This document shows, piece after piece, positions 34,563 to 47,502 of a DNA stretch of 64,000 nt. Under the pieces are notes generated by a model. It saw only the letters and a program-made list of their open reading frames with translations, searched no databases and had not been told where the DNA came from. The translations under genes were made by a program, and so were the position numbers. Position 1 is the first letter of the stretch, and the number at the start of each line of letters is the position of its first letter. The stretch is from Marsupella aquatica. Taxonomy: Eukaryota; Plantae; Marchantiophyta. The stretch covers positions 11,024,184 to 11,088,183 of the forward strand of contig OZ316895.1 in the NCBI GenBank assembly GCA_973895155.1, written 5' to 3'.

Positions 34563-37178
34563 ATGATGAGGACCACTCGAGCGAAAGCGAATGCGGTGGC
34601 GGTTACAGCGACTATACACTCTCCTTCTAAGCTGAGGGAGTCAGGGAGGCAAGTAGAAACCATAGATTGTTACGGTGTTGCGAAGTGGGTGCTTAAAGAT
34701 GGGACGAGGGTACGAAGCAAAGAAACGGAACTTACGGATGTATCTGGGGTTGAAGCAGCAGAAATTGAGACTCAGTTTCAACGAGTAGGGAACGGGTCTA
34801 GTCTCAAAGAAGAGCAGAATGGTACTCATGTGAAAGAAGAGCGGAACGGGATTCATGTCAAAGAAGAGAAAACTGGGACTATTGCCTTACAAGTAGGAAA
34901 TGGGACTTTTGTCCAAAAAGAGGAGGATGACATTCGTGTGAAGGAAGAGGCAATCGGAGCTCCCGAAACAGTCTACGTATCTGAGAAAATGGCAGAAGAG
35001 GAGAGATTACTGGAAGAACAGCGAAGGAAGGATATTGCCGCCATTGAGGAGACAATAGATCCTCAGAATGCAGTGCTCGACGATTCAATGTACACAAAAT
35101 TGGACAATCTTCTGAACAAGACTCAGTTGTTTTCGGAGTTCCTCTTGGAGAAAATGGACAGAATAGCATCTGTTCAACAAGAGCCAGAAAAGCCGAAAAA
35201 AGGGCGCGGCAAAGGGAGGGGGGTGAAGAGAAAAGCTGGTACAGTAACTTCTAGAGCTTCAACTAGGTCCACCACAGAATCCTGTCCTGTGCTCCCTGAT
35301 GGTCAAGAGGACAATGATGTTGCCGGACCCGGCGACGTGTTTCTCACAGAAGAGGAGCGTGTTGCTATGGAACAGAAGAAGATTGTTCCTCTTCTCACAG
35401 GTGGGACACTCAAGCCATTCCAGCTCAAGGGTATCAAGTGGATGATATCACTCTGGCAGAATGGGCTAAATGGCATTCTTGCAGATCAGATGGGCCTTGG
35501 CAAGACAATTCAGTCAATAGGACTACTGGCTCATCTGAAGGGGCAAGACTTGCACGGTCCTTTCCTCGTATGTGCTCCTCTATCAACGCTCTCCAATTGG
35601 GTGAGTGAGATCAAGAGGTGGGTACCAGTCTTGCCTGTATTACTCTACCATGGTTCAAAGGAAGAGCGGGCAGCGATGAGACGGAAATTACCTGATTCCA
35701 AGTCTCCGGAGTTTCCTGTGATTATCACGTCATATGAGGTGGCCATGTTTGATCGAACATATTTGGCTCGGCGAACGTGGAAATATATCATTGTGGACGA
35801 GGGCCACAGGCTGAAGAACTTCGATTGCAAGCTCTTGCGGGAGCTGAGGAAGATTCCTGTGGAAAACAAATTGTTGCTGACAGGGACTCCATTGCAGAAT
35901 AACCTGGGCGAGCTCTGGTCGTTGCTGAATTTCATATTACCTGATATCTTTACTTCCCTCGAACAGTTCGAATCATGGTTTGACTTGTCTGGCAAGCAGA
36001 GTGGCAATGCGCTTAACAAGGAGGAGATTGACGAGCAGCGACGGCTCGGGGTTGTCACAAAGTTGCACGGTATTCTTCGACCCTTTCTGCTGCGACGGCT
36101 CAAACAAGATGTTATGAAAAACATCCCACCCAAGAAAGAAATCATTTTTTATGCCGAGCTGGCGGATGCCCAGAAGGAATATCAGGATCTTCTTCTCAGT
36201 AGAACTTTGAATGAGCACTTCGAGACCCGAAAGCTACCAGGTTCTTGTTTCAAGACACGGCTCAACAACGTTGTCATGCAATTAAGGAAGAATGCGAATC
36301 ATCCAGATCTTCTCTCATCTCATTTTAGTGACAATATTAATTACCCTCCTGTCCAGGTCCTGCTCGAACAGTGTGGAAAACTGAGATTGCTAGATAGGCT
36401 TCTGAAGCACCTCAGAGCAAGAGGTCACAAGGTGCTTATATTCTCACAGATGACTCACATGCTGGATGTTCTACAGTATTACCTGCAGGAGAATGGTTTG
36501 GATCCTTGCAGGATTGATGGATCAGTGAAACTGACAGATCGTCAAGAGGAGATTCGGCAATTCAACAGTGACAGCTACAGCCGTTATGTTTTTCTTCTTA
36601 GTACACGAGCTGGTGGCCTAGGTATCAACCTGACAGCAGCAGACACGGTTATAATCTATGACAGTGATTGGAATCCGCAGATGGACCTTCAGGCGATGGA
36701 CCGTTGTCACAGGATTGGCCAAGATAAGCCAGTCCATGTGTACAGGCTTCTCACATCAGAAACCGTTGAGTGTAGAATGATAAAGGTGGCTAACCGCAAG
36801 ATGCACCTGGAACGTGTGGTCATTGAGAAGGGGCACTTCAAGCAGGAGGCAAACAATGCCAAGCAGAAGTTGGACGAGTCTGACATAATGTTTTTGCTTC
36901 GACAGGACAGAGACGAGGAAGAGGAGTACCTCCAAAGCTCTGAAATTACTGATGCTGACCTACTCATAGCCCTTGATCGAGCGGATTTGATGGCTGGCAT
37001 GGAGGGCCATCTAGCTGCACCGAATCCAGGTCCTGTCTTGCCCCTCAAGGGCCCTGGCTGGGAGGTAGTCGTTAAGCCAGACTCTTCAAACAGCATCCTA
37101 TGTTCAATCGAGGGCTACAGAAAATTCCCTGCTTCTGCTGGCAAGACGGAATCTGCAGGTCTTGAAACTATGGAATGA
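34563..37178 (+). CDS. DDM1: SNF2-family chromatin remodeler, DDM1/LSH(HELLS) subfamily, 871 aa, intronless CDS
   Basis: KLDNLLNKTQLFSEFLLEKM N-terminal motif, WQNGLNGILADQMGLGKT, IIVDEGHRLKN, LLTGTPLQNNL, FLLSTRAGGLGINL, QAMDRCHRIGQ and C-terminal LPLKGPGWEVV. A probable 5'-UTR intron acceptor (ggcag|gagaccATG) lies at 34556. Confidence 0.95.
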   Translation: MMRTTRAKANAVAVTATIHSPSKLRESGRQVETIDCYGVAKWVLKDGTRVRSKETELTDVSGVEAAEIETQFQRVGNGSSLKEEQNGTHVKEERNGIHVKEEKTGTIALQVGNGTFVQKEEDDIRVKEEAIGAPETVYVSEKMAEEERLLEEQRRKDIAAIEETIDPQNAVLDDSMYTKLDNLLNKTQLFSEFLLEKMDRIASVQQEPEKPKKGRGKGRGVKRKAGTVTSRASTRSTTESCPVLPDGQEDNDVAGPGDVFLTEEERVAMEQKKIVPLLTGGTLKPFQLKGIKWMISLWQNGLNGILADQMGLGKTIQSIGLLAHLKGQDLHGPFLVCAPLSTLSNWVSEIKRWVPVLPVLLYHGSKEERAAMRRKLPDSKSPEFPVIITSYEVAMFDRTYLARRTWKYIIVDEGHRLKNFDCKLLRELRKIPVENKLLLTGTPLQNNLGELWSLLNFILPDIFTSLEQFESWFDLSGKQSGNALNKEEIDEQRRLGVVTKLHGILRPFLLRRLKQDVMKNIPPKKEIIFYAELADAQKEYQDLLLSRTLNEHFETRKLPGSCFKTRLNNVVMQLRKNANHPDLLSSHFSDNINYPPVQVLLEQCGKLRLLDRLLKHLRARGHKVLIFSQMTHMLDVLQYYLQENGLDPCRIDGSVKLTDRQEEIRQFNSDSYSRYVFLLSTRAGGLGINLTAADTVIIYDSDWNPQMDLQAMDRCHRIGQDKPVHVYRLLTSETVECRMIKVANRKMHLERVVIEKGHFKQEANNAKQKLDESDIMFLLRQDRDEEEEYLQSSEITDADLLIALDRADLMAGMEGHLAAPNPGPVLPLKGPGWEVVVKPDSSNSILCSIEGYRKFPASAGKTESAGLETME

Positions 37179-38869
37179 GGAGACCTCGAGAAACAGGATC
37201 GGTAATTCGTGAGAAGAAGGAATCTATAGATGTCGAATTGACGTAATTGTTGATGCTTTAAAAGTGGAATGCTATTGTAGCGGGGGCAGTGGTCTCATTT
37301 TTGGGGATTTAGAACTAGAGAATCAGTCACCTAACACTTCGTTAGTGGTTGTTTCGCTCCATGACCTAAACGTGGAGGAGAATTATCTCAGGTTCGTAAG
37401 TCAGGGTCAGCAAGGGTGGTTAGAGACGATTTGAAATGTAGTACTTCTTAACTCAAAAGGGACAGGTTAGACTCATTGGTAATGTATACTTGGAGGCCCA
37501 TATTAATTGCAGGGTATATAGCCACAAGAATTCATAGTTTGTACAGTGAGTATGCCAGGCTGGTCCACTAATTAGAATAACTGAAGTAAAACCTGGATTT
37601 TAGTGGATCAGCGAACAGCTTCTTCTAGGCAAGCTTCCAATGTCTCTTCCATGTCAGTGCGGGGGTAACAAAGTCTACATTGTAGTGAGGTTCATTGGCA
37701 CCAGCGACTTTTTCCAGCGAAGTGAAGCAAGTTGGGTTGTGGCACGGGGAGATAGTTGCCTAATATTTGTTAAATATCGCCAAATGGGACTCCCAGGACT
37801 TGGGTGGAAGGAGAGTGGTTGTCTCATGCCGGTCATCATCTCTTCACTTTGAGTTGACGCATTGCTTATTTGAGTAAAAGAGGATCAGAGATGTCTTGAA
37901 TTACAGGCTTTCTGTAACTTAGTGCATACTGAAGAGCACTGCACCTTGTAGAATGTATAGGGCATGTTTCAGAGACAAGTTACATCTGGATTGGGCCCAA
38001 TGTTTACGACAGATTTCTATGGATGAGGAGTGAGACTCTTCACCATACATATAACAAGTAGCTGTTGGCGTAGACAATCTAGATATCTGGGTACAAAAGC
38101 AGAACATTCAAAAGGGCAAATAAGTCTAGTAATCTCATTTAGTTTGCATTCATCAGCAGTACCAGAAGTGCAAATATTCTTTAGTGTCCGAATGGGACCT
38201 GCGTGTCAAAGCCGAATGGACATTGGAAGCTCAACTGATTATCTAAACATAGAGAGTACACCACAACTTGGGAGGCAATTGAGATTCTTTATACAGGAGA
38301 TTATACAAATGTTCACTTGTCACTAACGGGACCTCCAAACTGCTGCTGCATCATTCTACACATCTCCCCAACCTTCTTGTTTTTCATTTACAAGTCCACC
38401 AGCAAGAAAGAGGGGCTCCTACACCAGACACAGGAATTTAAGACTGCAATGACATCGTGTGTCAGAAGAACTTTCATTCTCTTTCCCCACATGCCCATTC
38501 AGTGGCTCTCTTTTAAAGAGATGCGAGGAACAGACATCTTCAACCGAAATCAGTACTATCCCCTGCACATTCCGATGTCAGCAGGAGCGCACCTTCTAGC
38601 CAATGAGTTCAATTCCCCTTCAGCACTCGACAAGGCCCAACTTCGCTCACTTTTCCTCCAACATTTGAGAATGCAGATTCTCCTCCGACAATTTAAAGGC
38701 ACACCATTTTCCTGCGAAAGGTTTGGAAAGGCAAAACTTCCTGCAACACTTGACAAGGTACAATTCTCTTAAGGGGCAAAAGACATCAGGAGCACATCAG
38801 TAGACCAGTTCCGAGACGTGGGTTGGTCGAGCTGGCTTCAGAAGTTCCGGGAAAGGAGGAACAACAGCG

Positions 38870-38873
<4 letters not shown>

Positions 38874-38904
<31 letters not shown>
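38874..38904. repeat. (CT)n/(AG)n microsatellite directly after the stop codon of the TIP30-like gene
   Basis: About 15 CT units abutting the TTA at 38905. Confidence 0.95.
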
Positions 38905-38911
<7 letters not shown>

Positions 38912-39588
38912 CCAATAAGCTTCTTCATGCCCCAACCGAGCGTCTCCTCTCCCTCCGCATTGGACTGCAGGACTGTCACCGCCTGTACAACCATGGCTTT
39001 GGCGACGTCCCCAACCTTGAAACTGGGCATGACATACGCGAGCAGCTTCTCCATAGTGCGGGCCTTCTCCCCGCGGTCCAAGAGCGGAGGCTGGACAATA
39101 CTTAGCTGCTTCACTCCCAGAGTCCGGTAGTGCTCTTCCGTCTCCCCCTTCGTCCTCATGTAGAGGAAGTACGAATTCTTGTTCGCTCCACCGGAAGTCA
39201 CGAGCTGCAAATGCTGCACTCCAGCTCGCTTTGCCAAGTTCCCGAACTCATTCACAGCATCATGATCGATCTTCCGGAAGTTCTCCGCTGAGCCAGCCTC
39301 CTTTCTCGTGGTCCCCAACGTGCAGAAGGCGGCCTCGTACTTCGAGGGCGTGAGCTGAGAGGGGTCTATGGATGCAATCTCTGCTAGATCGGCGACGTTC
39401 TTGTAGTTGAGCTTGGCGAGCTGATCGGGCAAGGGCTGCCTGTCCGAAGGGAAGGCGATCTCTCGCCGACCAATCACCGTCACCGCTGAGAACTTGTCGC
39501 TGCTGAGCAGCTCCGCCACGAGGTATTTCCCGATGGCTCCCGTGCCACCCACGACGAGCGCTCTCCAGCCCACTTCGCCGCTCGCCAT
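38905..39588 (-). CDS. TIP30/HTATIP2/CC3-like atypical SDR, NAD(P)-binding, 227 aa, intronless (in-frame upstream ATG at 39915 possible)
   Basis: ALVVGGTGAIG Rossmann motif, VTVIGRR, AFCTLGTTRKEAGSAENFRKIDHD, LVTSGGAN, FLYMRTKGETE (YxxxK) and IVQPPLLDR are characteristic of the CC3/TIP30/YraR/Fmp52 family. Confidence 0.88.
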
Positions 39589-40061
39589 CTCTTCTTCCGG
39601 CGCAGAGCAAATTCCTTCTTCTTCTTTTTCTTCGTTTCGGGTCAAAAATGGCAAAATCCTGGCCTCCGGGCGAGAATTGGAGTCATCAGCAGCAATGAAT
39701 CGTGTGTCGATCGGATCGAACTGAGGAAGGTGACAATCTTCGTCTTGTTTTCCTGTCAGTGGTGACAAATTCGTGGCCTCTGGGTAACCAAATGCTTTAG
39801 GGAGAATTGGAAGCAACAGCAATGCACCTGCCGCGACGATCGGGAGCAAAGCAAAGCAAAGAAAAGAAAAGCGAGGGAGATGGGGAGCATCAGTCCGACG
39901 CTGATGAGGAACCATCCCAAGACATATGCGATACTTCAGTCAGAAGAAAACCGTCAAACAAGTCTCCATTGAAGGCGGAGAGCATACTCAAACTTTGGAG
40001 TGCGTCTCAAACTTTGGTTGTTCTTGTGCTGTCCTGCTTTTCCGTTATTTTCCGGTTCCTT

Positions 40062-40198
40062 GCCTGAGGATCATGTCTTTTCCATTTAATTTCACTTGAT
40101 TGAGGATTGGGTTTTTTGCCTGAGGTATCATGAGGGATCATGTCTTTTCCATTTAATTTCACTTGATTGAGGATTGGGTTTTTTGCCTGAGGTATCAT
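40062..40198. repeat. Near-perfect tandem duplication (~68 bp x2)
   Basis: ggatcatgtcttttccatttaatttcacttgattgaggattgggttttttgcctgaggtatcat occurs twice. Confidence 0.9.
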
Positions 40199-40323
40199 TT
40201 CTCCTTATGTCTCCTGGTTGGGAGTCTTTTGTTGTTTGGAAGTGTGAAATAAAAAAGAAAGTTTGAGAGGGGTAGTAGCCCTTTATGAAGGTGGGTTTAG
40301 CCTAGGTTAAGGAAAGGAAGGCC

Positions 40324-40590
40324 CTCGGGGGTCTCCATATATGGAGGCCCCATCACCAGCAACTTTTTAGGCCTAGGACCCCCTCAAATGCAAGAATTGT
40401 TTTAAAAACATTTTGCCCCTATAGTTGGAATTTGGAATATTTCAAAAAATTGATTAAAAAGACAATAATGTTTTTATAAGTTTCAAAATTGTATTTAGAA
40501 AACCCTTTTGTTCTTCTCTTAAAATGAATAAAATGACTATATTCTTCATTGCACGTAATATGCCATTTTTGTGAAAATGAAACCCCCAAA
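40324..40590. mobile_element. Older copy of the 5510-5805 MITE
   Basis: ctcgggggtctc...tttttaggcctaggaccccct...gcacgtaatatgccatttt...tgaaaccccc is collinear with the 5.5 kb copy. TSD no longer visible. Confidence 0.85.
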
Positions 40591-43154
40591 AATTAATCAT
40601 AATTTGTACAACTATTACAAGGGCAAGGTTAGCACATGTGATGCATAACTTACATTTTAAATGAGTCCAGGCTGGTTGTAGCATAACCTGGAGTGGAACC
40701 CAAGTGTATGTTGAGCACACTAAAGTTCCCCAACAACTCTGGGTGTATGGGTGAGTCACATGAGTTTAGGGAAAACTGAACAATCTTCTCCTGAACCTCT
40801 CAGAGGCTCATGTAAAATCTGTAGTCCAGAGACATGTAAGCAAAGATACTATTGGCCTTAGCCTCCCTATGCATAATTTACTTTTGTGACCCCGGGTTGT
40901 GACAGGCCCAATTTTGTGCATATAGACGTTGCGCGTGTGCCAGGAATTCCGGATGATGACACAGGGGTCCTAGTGGGTGTGGTCAATGAAAAGGGAACTC
41001 CTATCCTTCCATATATTCCAGCAAGTAATGGCTCCAAGAATGCCCCAGCTTCCAAGGCATCTCCCACTCTGCAGATAGCTCAGTTAGGAAGATGTGAGCC
41101 TCCAGCATGACATCAAGAAATTGACCAGTGGATGAAGGAGTCTCTGTCTAAAACCCAATCCCAAACATGTCAAGAGATAGGGTAGCTCTAAATGCAGTGA
41201 ACAATGTCTCCAGCCCCCTGAGTTTAAAGAAAACTTCACTTGCACCAGTTGGAAACCTTTCACTAGTTGGAAACCTTTCACTCAAGTTTCACAACTCCTG
41301 ACCAGGCTAGCCAGGGGTTAGGTTGATAACTGCAAACTAAATTACAAAGAAATATACAAGAAGGGCTTGGCTGGAGCGTTTAGGGCATGGGCAGTCCAAT
41401 CATCTCCCAATCTCCCATAGCTCCGGGCCTCCACTTTTACTAGCTCACTAATTCATAAGATTGTAGCCCACCAGTCACCGCCCAACACAGTATGAACTGG
41501 GACTGTGAGACTTGCCATAAACTCCCAAGAACCTGATTAAGATCAAAGTGGGAAAACCACAACTTTAAATTGTCAATTTCAACAAAAACATGAAGACACT
41601 GAAGCCCAGTTTAATGTTGGCACAGCAAAACCTCAAAATCAAGAGCACAGACAGGCAATCTAGCTGAAGGGGCATTAGTTAGCAGTTGACTGTCTAAAAA
41701 GTTCCACAGGTGATGCTTCTGACCCTGCTTCTGATTAACCACATGAATGAAATGTATATATATGGCATACTGGCTCCCGTCAAATCTGGGAATTATAATG
41801 GTGTTAATAGGCTCGACCGTACGATGGATGGCAGCTAGTGGCTCAGGGTTGAGGGCAAAATATGCTATCAAATGGACTCTCATCACCTGCAGACTACCTG
41901 GCTACTCCATGCCAAATGCAGGGGAATGGTTTCAGATAGCAAAAATTTGCCATTAAAAAAATGTTGTCTCACACCCATTTTGGTTACTTTGATAATTTTC
42001 AATCCTAATCGGAAAATCTTGTGTGGCTTTCAGAATTTTGTCTGGTTTTGTAGTCAGAGTCACAATGAAAGAGCCTGATGAGATTCAGCCCAAAAGAAAA
42101 TACCAGAGGTTGTATTTTGGTGGGACTTTGGTTCAGTTAACTCATTTTATTTGGAAAGCCAATGGGGAAACTTTTAGGCTTTTGATGACCTCAGAACTAG
42201 GGCTGAGGTCATGTAAAATTGCCCTAAGCAAACTAAATTAATGATGGAAGTTAAATTGAAAAGGGAAACATATCAACCACTTCACCAAGTATGTTGTCCA
42301 CACATTCTCAATACACTTGGAAAAAGGGCGTACAATGCATTCATGACTCCAACAGATAGCAACATAAAGCCAGTTCCTTGCTATAGTTCCCAAATTGAGA
42401 TTGCTTCAGACATCAAAGGTACTGCAAGGACTCGGCTAGTTTGGCGGAGCAGAGCAGTTCTGTTGGCGCTTTTCCCTGTTTTTCAGTTTTAGTTCACTTT
42501 GTCTTATTAAAGTGCAAGGTGACGTATGAATGTGGCGATATGACGATGATAACGTTCAAGTTCTGAATTTGGAGCAGGGTAGTGTGTTTGCGGGATACAA
42601 CTTTTGCAGGAGTATTTTTCCTTATTTTTCTGGCCATAATTATGGAGTGTGTGATCAGCTGTTGAGTCATTCCTTGTTCCTTTGGTGATACGATTCTTTC
42701 TAGTTATGGCCGGGGTTACGGCTCATAGCCTTTTAGCTTAGTAATAGGGCAGGTAAAAAGTGCCATAAAAGAAATATGGAGGACATACAACGTTTTTATG
42801 GCTGGGACAGAACTACTTATGGGCCTACCTAAATACACTTCCCGTAAGAATCTTGTCCCAAAAGTTTTCATCCATAATACTTTTCTTATGGCTGAACTTT
42901 GACACACCCTAATGCTCGATTCTTGGTTCTCTGTTGCGACAACTTAGACTGTAGAATGGAGGTGCATTTTGCTTGGTGTCCTCTTGTTTCGGGCTGATTC
43001 TTTACATAGTTCTGTCAGTTTTCTCCCTCTTTTACTAAGTTTACTTTGCAATCAAGTAAACGATTCCTTTCAAGACAAATAAAACTGCTCTAGACTGAGA
43101 TTGCTTCAAATAAGTTTTTGGGTAGCCCTTCTTGAATAGGATACCTACATACAT

Positions 43155-44185
43155 CAATATAGCATGTTCATCCTGGAACATGCCCTCTTTTTTTGTCTTG
43201 TAAGGATATGTAATTCATTTAATTTGTTTTATGACAAAAGAAGTAGGTACATGTAAAGTGTATGCTAAGAAATTAATATCTCACTGTTAATTAAGTGTGA
43301 ATGACATAACACACAAAACCATAAGTACACATGCAAAGAAAGCACATTATGACCAAGAAAGTATAAAGTTACTAAAGATTTGTGCACATACAGTACAGAT
43401 TTTCACTTGGTTCTAGGTAATGACAATCAACTCAATTAAAATCATAAATTTTGTAAAGGAAACCAAGAGGGGAACTTAGTACACCAATGTACACATTGTT
43501 CAAATCCATTTCTGTCACCCTCATGAGAAAAAACATCTTTAGTGATATAGCATGTTCATCTTTAGTGATATAGCATACTCATCCTGGAACATGAAAACTT
43601 AAACTTTGAAGAGTAAAAGTACACATGTTAAGAAAAGTAATAATGAACAAGAAAAATTTAAGTCTATGGTATTGGGTTCTGCACATACTATACACCAGTA
43701 AAGATACTTATGTACTTATCTTAGGTAATGACACTCAAATGAATTAAAACCATAAATTTAGGACACAAAACCATGAGTAGAACTTAAAGACATGAGGAGT
43801 GCACTTCAATTAGATCATTTCTTTTTCACTCATCAGAATAAGGGCTAGAACTTCCATGAGCTTTGTTAAAGGGTGGATGATCAAAAGTATAGCAAAGATT
43901 TAAAAATTTAAAGGGGTGCCAGATTAAATTCAAAATCTAAAGTATACAAGGGATGCACCTTGGTAAGACACATTGAATTAAAATACACAAGAAAAGAAGT
44001 TTGAATAAGACAAAATACTGGAAGATGGATTCACCATATAGCAGTTTCATTCTGTGTCTCATCTTTAGTGATATAACATGATAGCCATTGATGTTCATGA
44101 ACAACTAATAAATGTTTATAGCATGTTCATCTTCAGTGATATAGCATGATAGCCATTGATGTTCATGAACAACTAATAAATGATT
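43155..44185. repeat. AT-rich degenerate tandem repeat region
   Basis: Recurrent catctttagtgatatagcatg(t)tc motifs, a ~55 bp duplication at 44060-44185 and a diverged ~200-300 bp duplication (43320-43530 vs 43615-43830). Confidence 0.6.
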
Positions 44186-47100
44186 ATGCGAGGGTTGTAT
44201 TACCCATTGTAAGGTAGCTTTGTCAGATACGGAGTGTAGTTTACCAAATATTTGTGAGATAGGTTTTTAGAATCTGAAGCCCAATGGACTCCAATGTTTT
44301 CTGTGTAGCTTAGATGGATGATGAAGCTCAGATGAGCTTTCTCAGAATCACAAACTAGACTCCAATAGTAACTTTTACACTTTCAATGCAAATGTGACCT
44401 GTAAACCGATGGACTTACAAATCAAGCTCGGATGGACTTTCTCACAATAGTAATCTAGACTCGGATAGCACCTCTTCTCAAATGTGGCCTGTAAACTGTG
44501 TTATCCTGACAATTTGCCGTGTCGGTATATATTTCAATTAGATTCAGGGCTTCGTGTCCTTGGGTAGCCGTTAATTTATGGCTCTCTGTACCCACCCGCT
44601 GTCTGAACCGCCTGAGGAAATATAATTTAAATCTCTTGAGCCAAAGATGTGCAGCAGGCTCTTGGTAGAGTGGTAGCATAGTTGGGTGGGGAGGCACAGG
44701 TTGGGGATTGGAAATTCACGGGTGATTGCTGTGCATATTACATAAACCCCATCCAAAGTGGGATTCAGACAGGCTTTTGTGACTCGTCAATAACTATGGC
44801 TTTTTCAGTTCTTGCGGCCGGCATGGATTTTTCATTTCTTGCGGGCGGCGTAAAGACGCGACTGGGCAGCGGCCAAACATCATTAATGACATTTCAGTGA
44901 ATAGTCTCCCTTAATTCAATTAGTTGAGGTGAGGGTATCTACTATGTACTGTCAGTTGCAGTGCTCGAACTACTCGATGCTTTTTAGCCTTATCTCACTG
45001 TGTGATATATATACTTACCTCACCTCAATCTATTCTATGCCTATATAATTATGCCCACAACGTTAATGAAAAAGGGCGACTACAGGCATCGAGACTCCCG
45101 CAGTGAATCTGGTCATCCCACTTCTGTATCGCGATGGGGTGTCTTGCCCACGAAGCTCGCCTCAGACCTAGTTTATGATCACCCATCGCGAAGAGTTGAT
45201 TAAATTTAGTTTCAAACTAGCTGTACACCTCAATCATTCTGACTCACACAATTGAGGAGCCCTGGAAAATTGGGTGCACAGTCCACATACTGTGAGGCAG
45301 AGTAGTTGTAACTCACTCGTACGCTTTAAGTGCCTAGAAAGACGAGAAAACTGAGATCTATATCTGTCGATCAACGTTCTCAAGAAGAAGCTTAGTGGTC
45401 ATCACACTAGAGAGATGTCTGAGAAGCTGAGTTCTAAATGTAACTTGTCCATCAACATTCAAAAGAAGGTCAGAGTAAATGCTGCAGTGTGATTGGCACA
45501 ATTTTGCGTGAATGACGTTCTGTGCTGGAGAGTTTAATTGTGTTAGACCTCTTGCATGACTGCTTCACTGTCACGATTCTATGAATGATCGATCGGGCTC
45601 ACGATGCTTTAACAGAAACAATTCGAGGTATGTCTGCCTCACTTCTACCGTCCATCATTATCCACTTCTTGCATGAGCATGACCGATGAGTAAAATAGAT
45701 CTAGCTTGCACATAGTTAGAATCATCCTGAGCTAAATTGATGGTGTAAAATATTCCTAATTTCAGTTACATTAAGAACCAGCTCTCGGCTTCTGTACAGG
45801 AAGCTGTCGTGGGTCCACAAACGCAAAAAGACAAAATTTGGTCCAGAAATTGATCCTAGTAAAAAGCTTCTAAACAGTATTCAATTAGTACATAAACCAC
45901 ACAAAACCGCGCAAAGAAGATCAAAATTTAGTACTGCAGTTTACTGTAGCCGGGGGAATCTGAAGCTCGGATGTGCAATTTTGTGAACCATGCATACACT
46001 CCCCATGGACCATGATACATATATTTTATAGTGTCACTCGCTCAGTCTTGCTTCCTGAAGTTTTTGACCAGCAAACTTTGAAGCCGTCAATAATGAAACT
46101 CGATTAACAAAAGCGGAGTGGGAGTAAATATGCGGAAGGGACGAGAGGCGTCTTGCCACAGTACGTGAGCTGGCGCCGAGATCAAAGGGAGCCAAAGTTG
46201 AGTTGTATATTAACAGCTCGAGAGTTGTTTCAGGTTTCCATCGATCTAGCTAGGCTAAGGTCGACCCATGATCAGTTGATCTTTGTCCAAATCTTTCTCA
46301 AGATCGAGGTAATGAGCTCTCTGAAGTGCCACTCAGCCTGCCAGTCTAAAATCGAGTACAATGTAACTTTCATGAGCTAGACCTGCTGGCTGTGAAACAT
46401 TTGCAAATCTGAGAACTTTCAACTATTGAATATATATATTCGATGCCTGGATACACTCAATTGAGACTGAATCCTGGATATATGCTGACATGAAGGAAGG
46501 TCTGGCCCTGTCGAAAACTACACGATGCATGTTCAATTGGATCTGTCATTTGAGAGCTCAAGCAATCGTGACGTCCATTTAATACCTCCAGTTCTCTGCC
46601 TAATTCAACTCGTAATCCCGATTTTCAATTGGTTGCGAAAAGCTCAGAATTGTCATAGCAAGGCTTCATGTGAAACTTAATAAAAAATGGAATAAAGAAT
46701 ATATAGCACACTTGCTCGCATGATCCTGACTCGCTCAGCTAGGGATAGATGCCTATTGTTGGACATCCCAGCCAAAAATCCAAGTATAGGAAATATGCTG
46801 CACTGACACAATAGCGTGCTAGATGTAGATAACCCAACCTAACTTGATTGAAGGGCCGACAGATCTACATGTAGCTAGAAACTACAGAAAAGTTGCTTAA
46901 ACTGTCCCGAAGTTATATAGGTCAGTCAAAGCCCTGATTCAGATCCTTGGAACCCTGTCGGTCGATCCCCAGACCTCTGCCTCACCGTCATGTCAAGCAG
47001 CTAGCTAGCGAAGGTTGCTTGACTTCTTTCTAAATTATTAAAGCTGTAGTAAGCCCAGCTGCTCAATGAATGTGGTTGAACAATACCCCATATATGCATG

Positions 47101-47502
47101 TAAGGTATAAACTTGGGGCGCAAATCTGTACACAAAAATTGTTATCTAGAGATAGAACGATCGAGCATACAAGTTATGAACTGCGTCTAAATAAACAATC
47201 GGCTTAGCTTGCAGTTGCTTCAAGCTATCAAGCCGGAGTTCGGATCGAGATCGTTTCTGAGGACTTCACTCAGCTTATATGTTCCATTTCGCAATGTGAG
47301 ATGTACATGATTATATCTGCAATCTGGTCGAGACAGTACCGATTAAATATGCACCGAATCCGAGCTTCCAAATGAATCAACGTGCCACGATTAACTTGGG
47401 CGATGTAATTAACCGGCCTTGCAAAACACTTGGATGAATCGATCCAACCCAGGCCGGTTTTGTGAGCTCCAATGTGAAGCGAAGGTACCACCCATTAGTC
47501 TA

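Noticed and set aside
44655-44720. tRNA-like A box (tggtagagtggtagca)
   Set aside because: No proper B box or cloverleaf. At most a decayed SINE.
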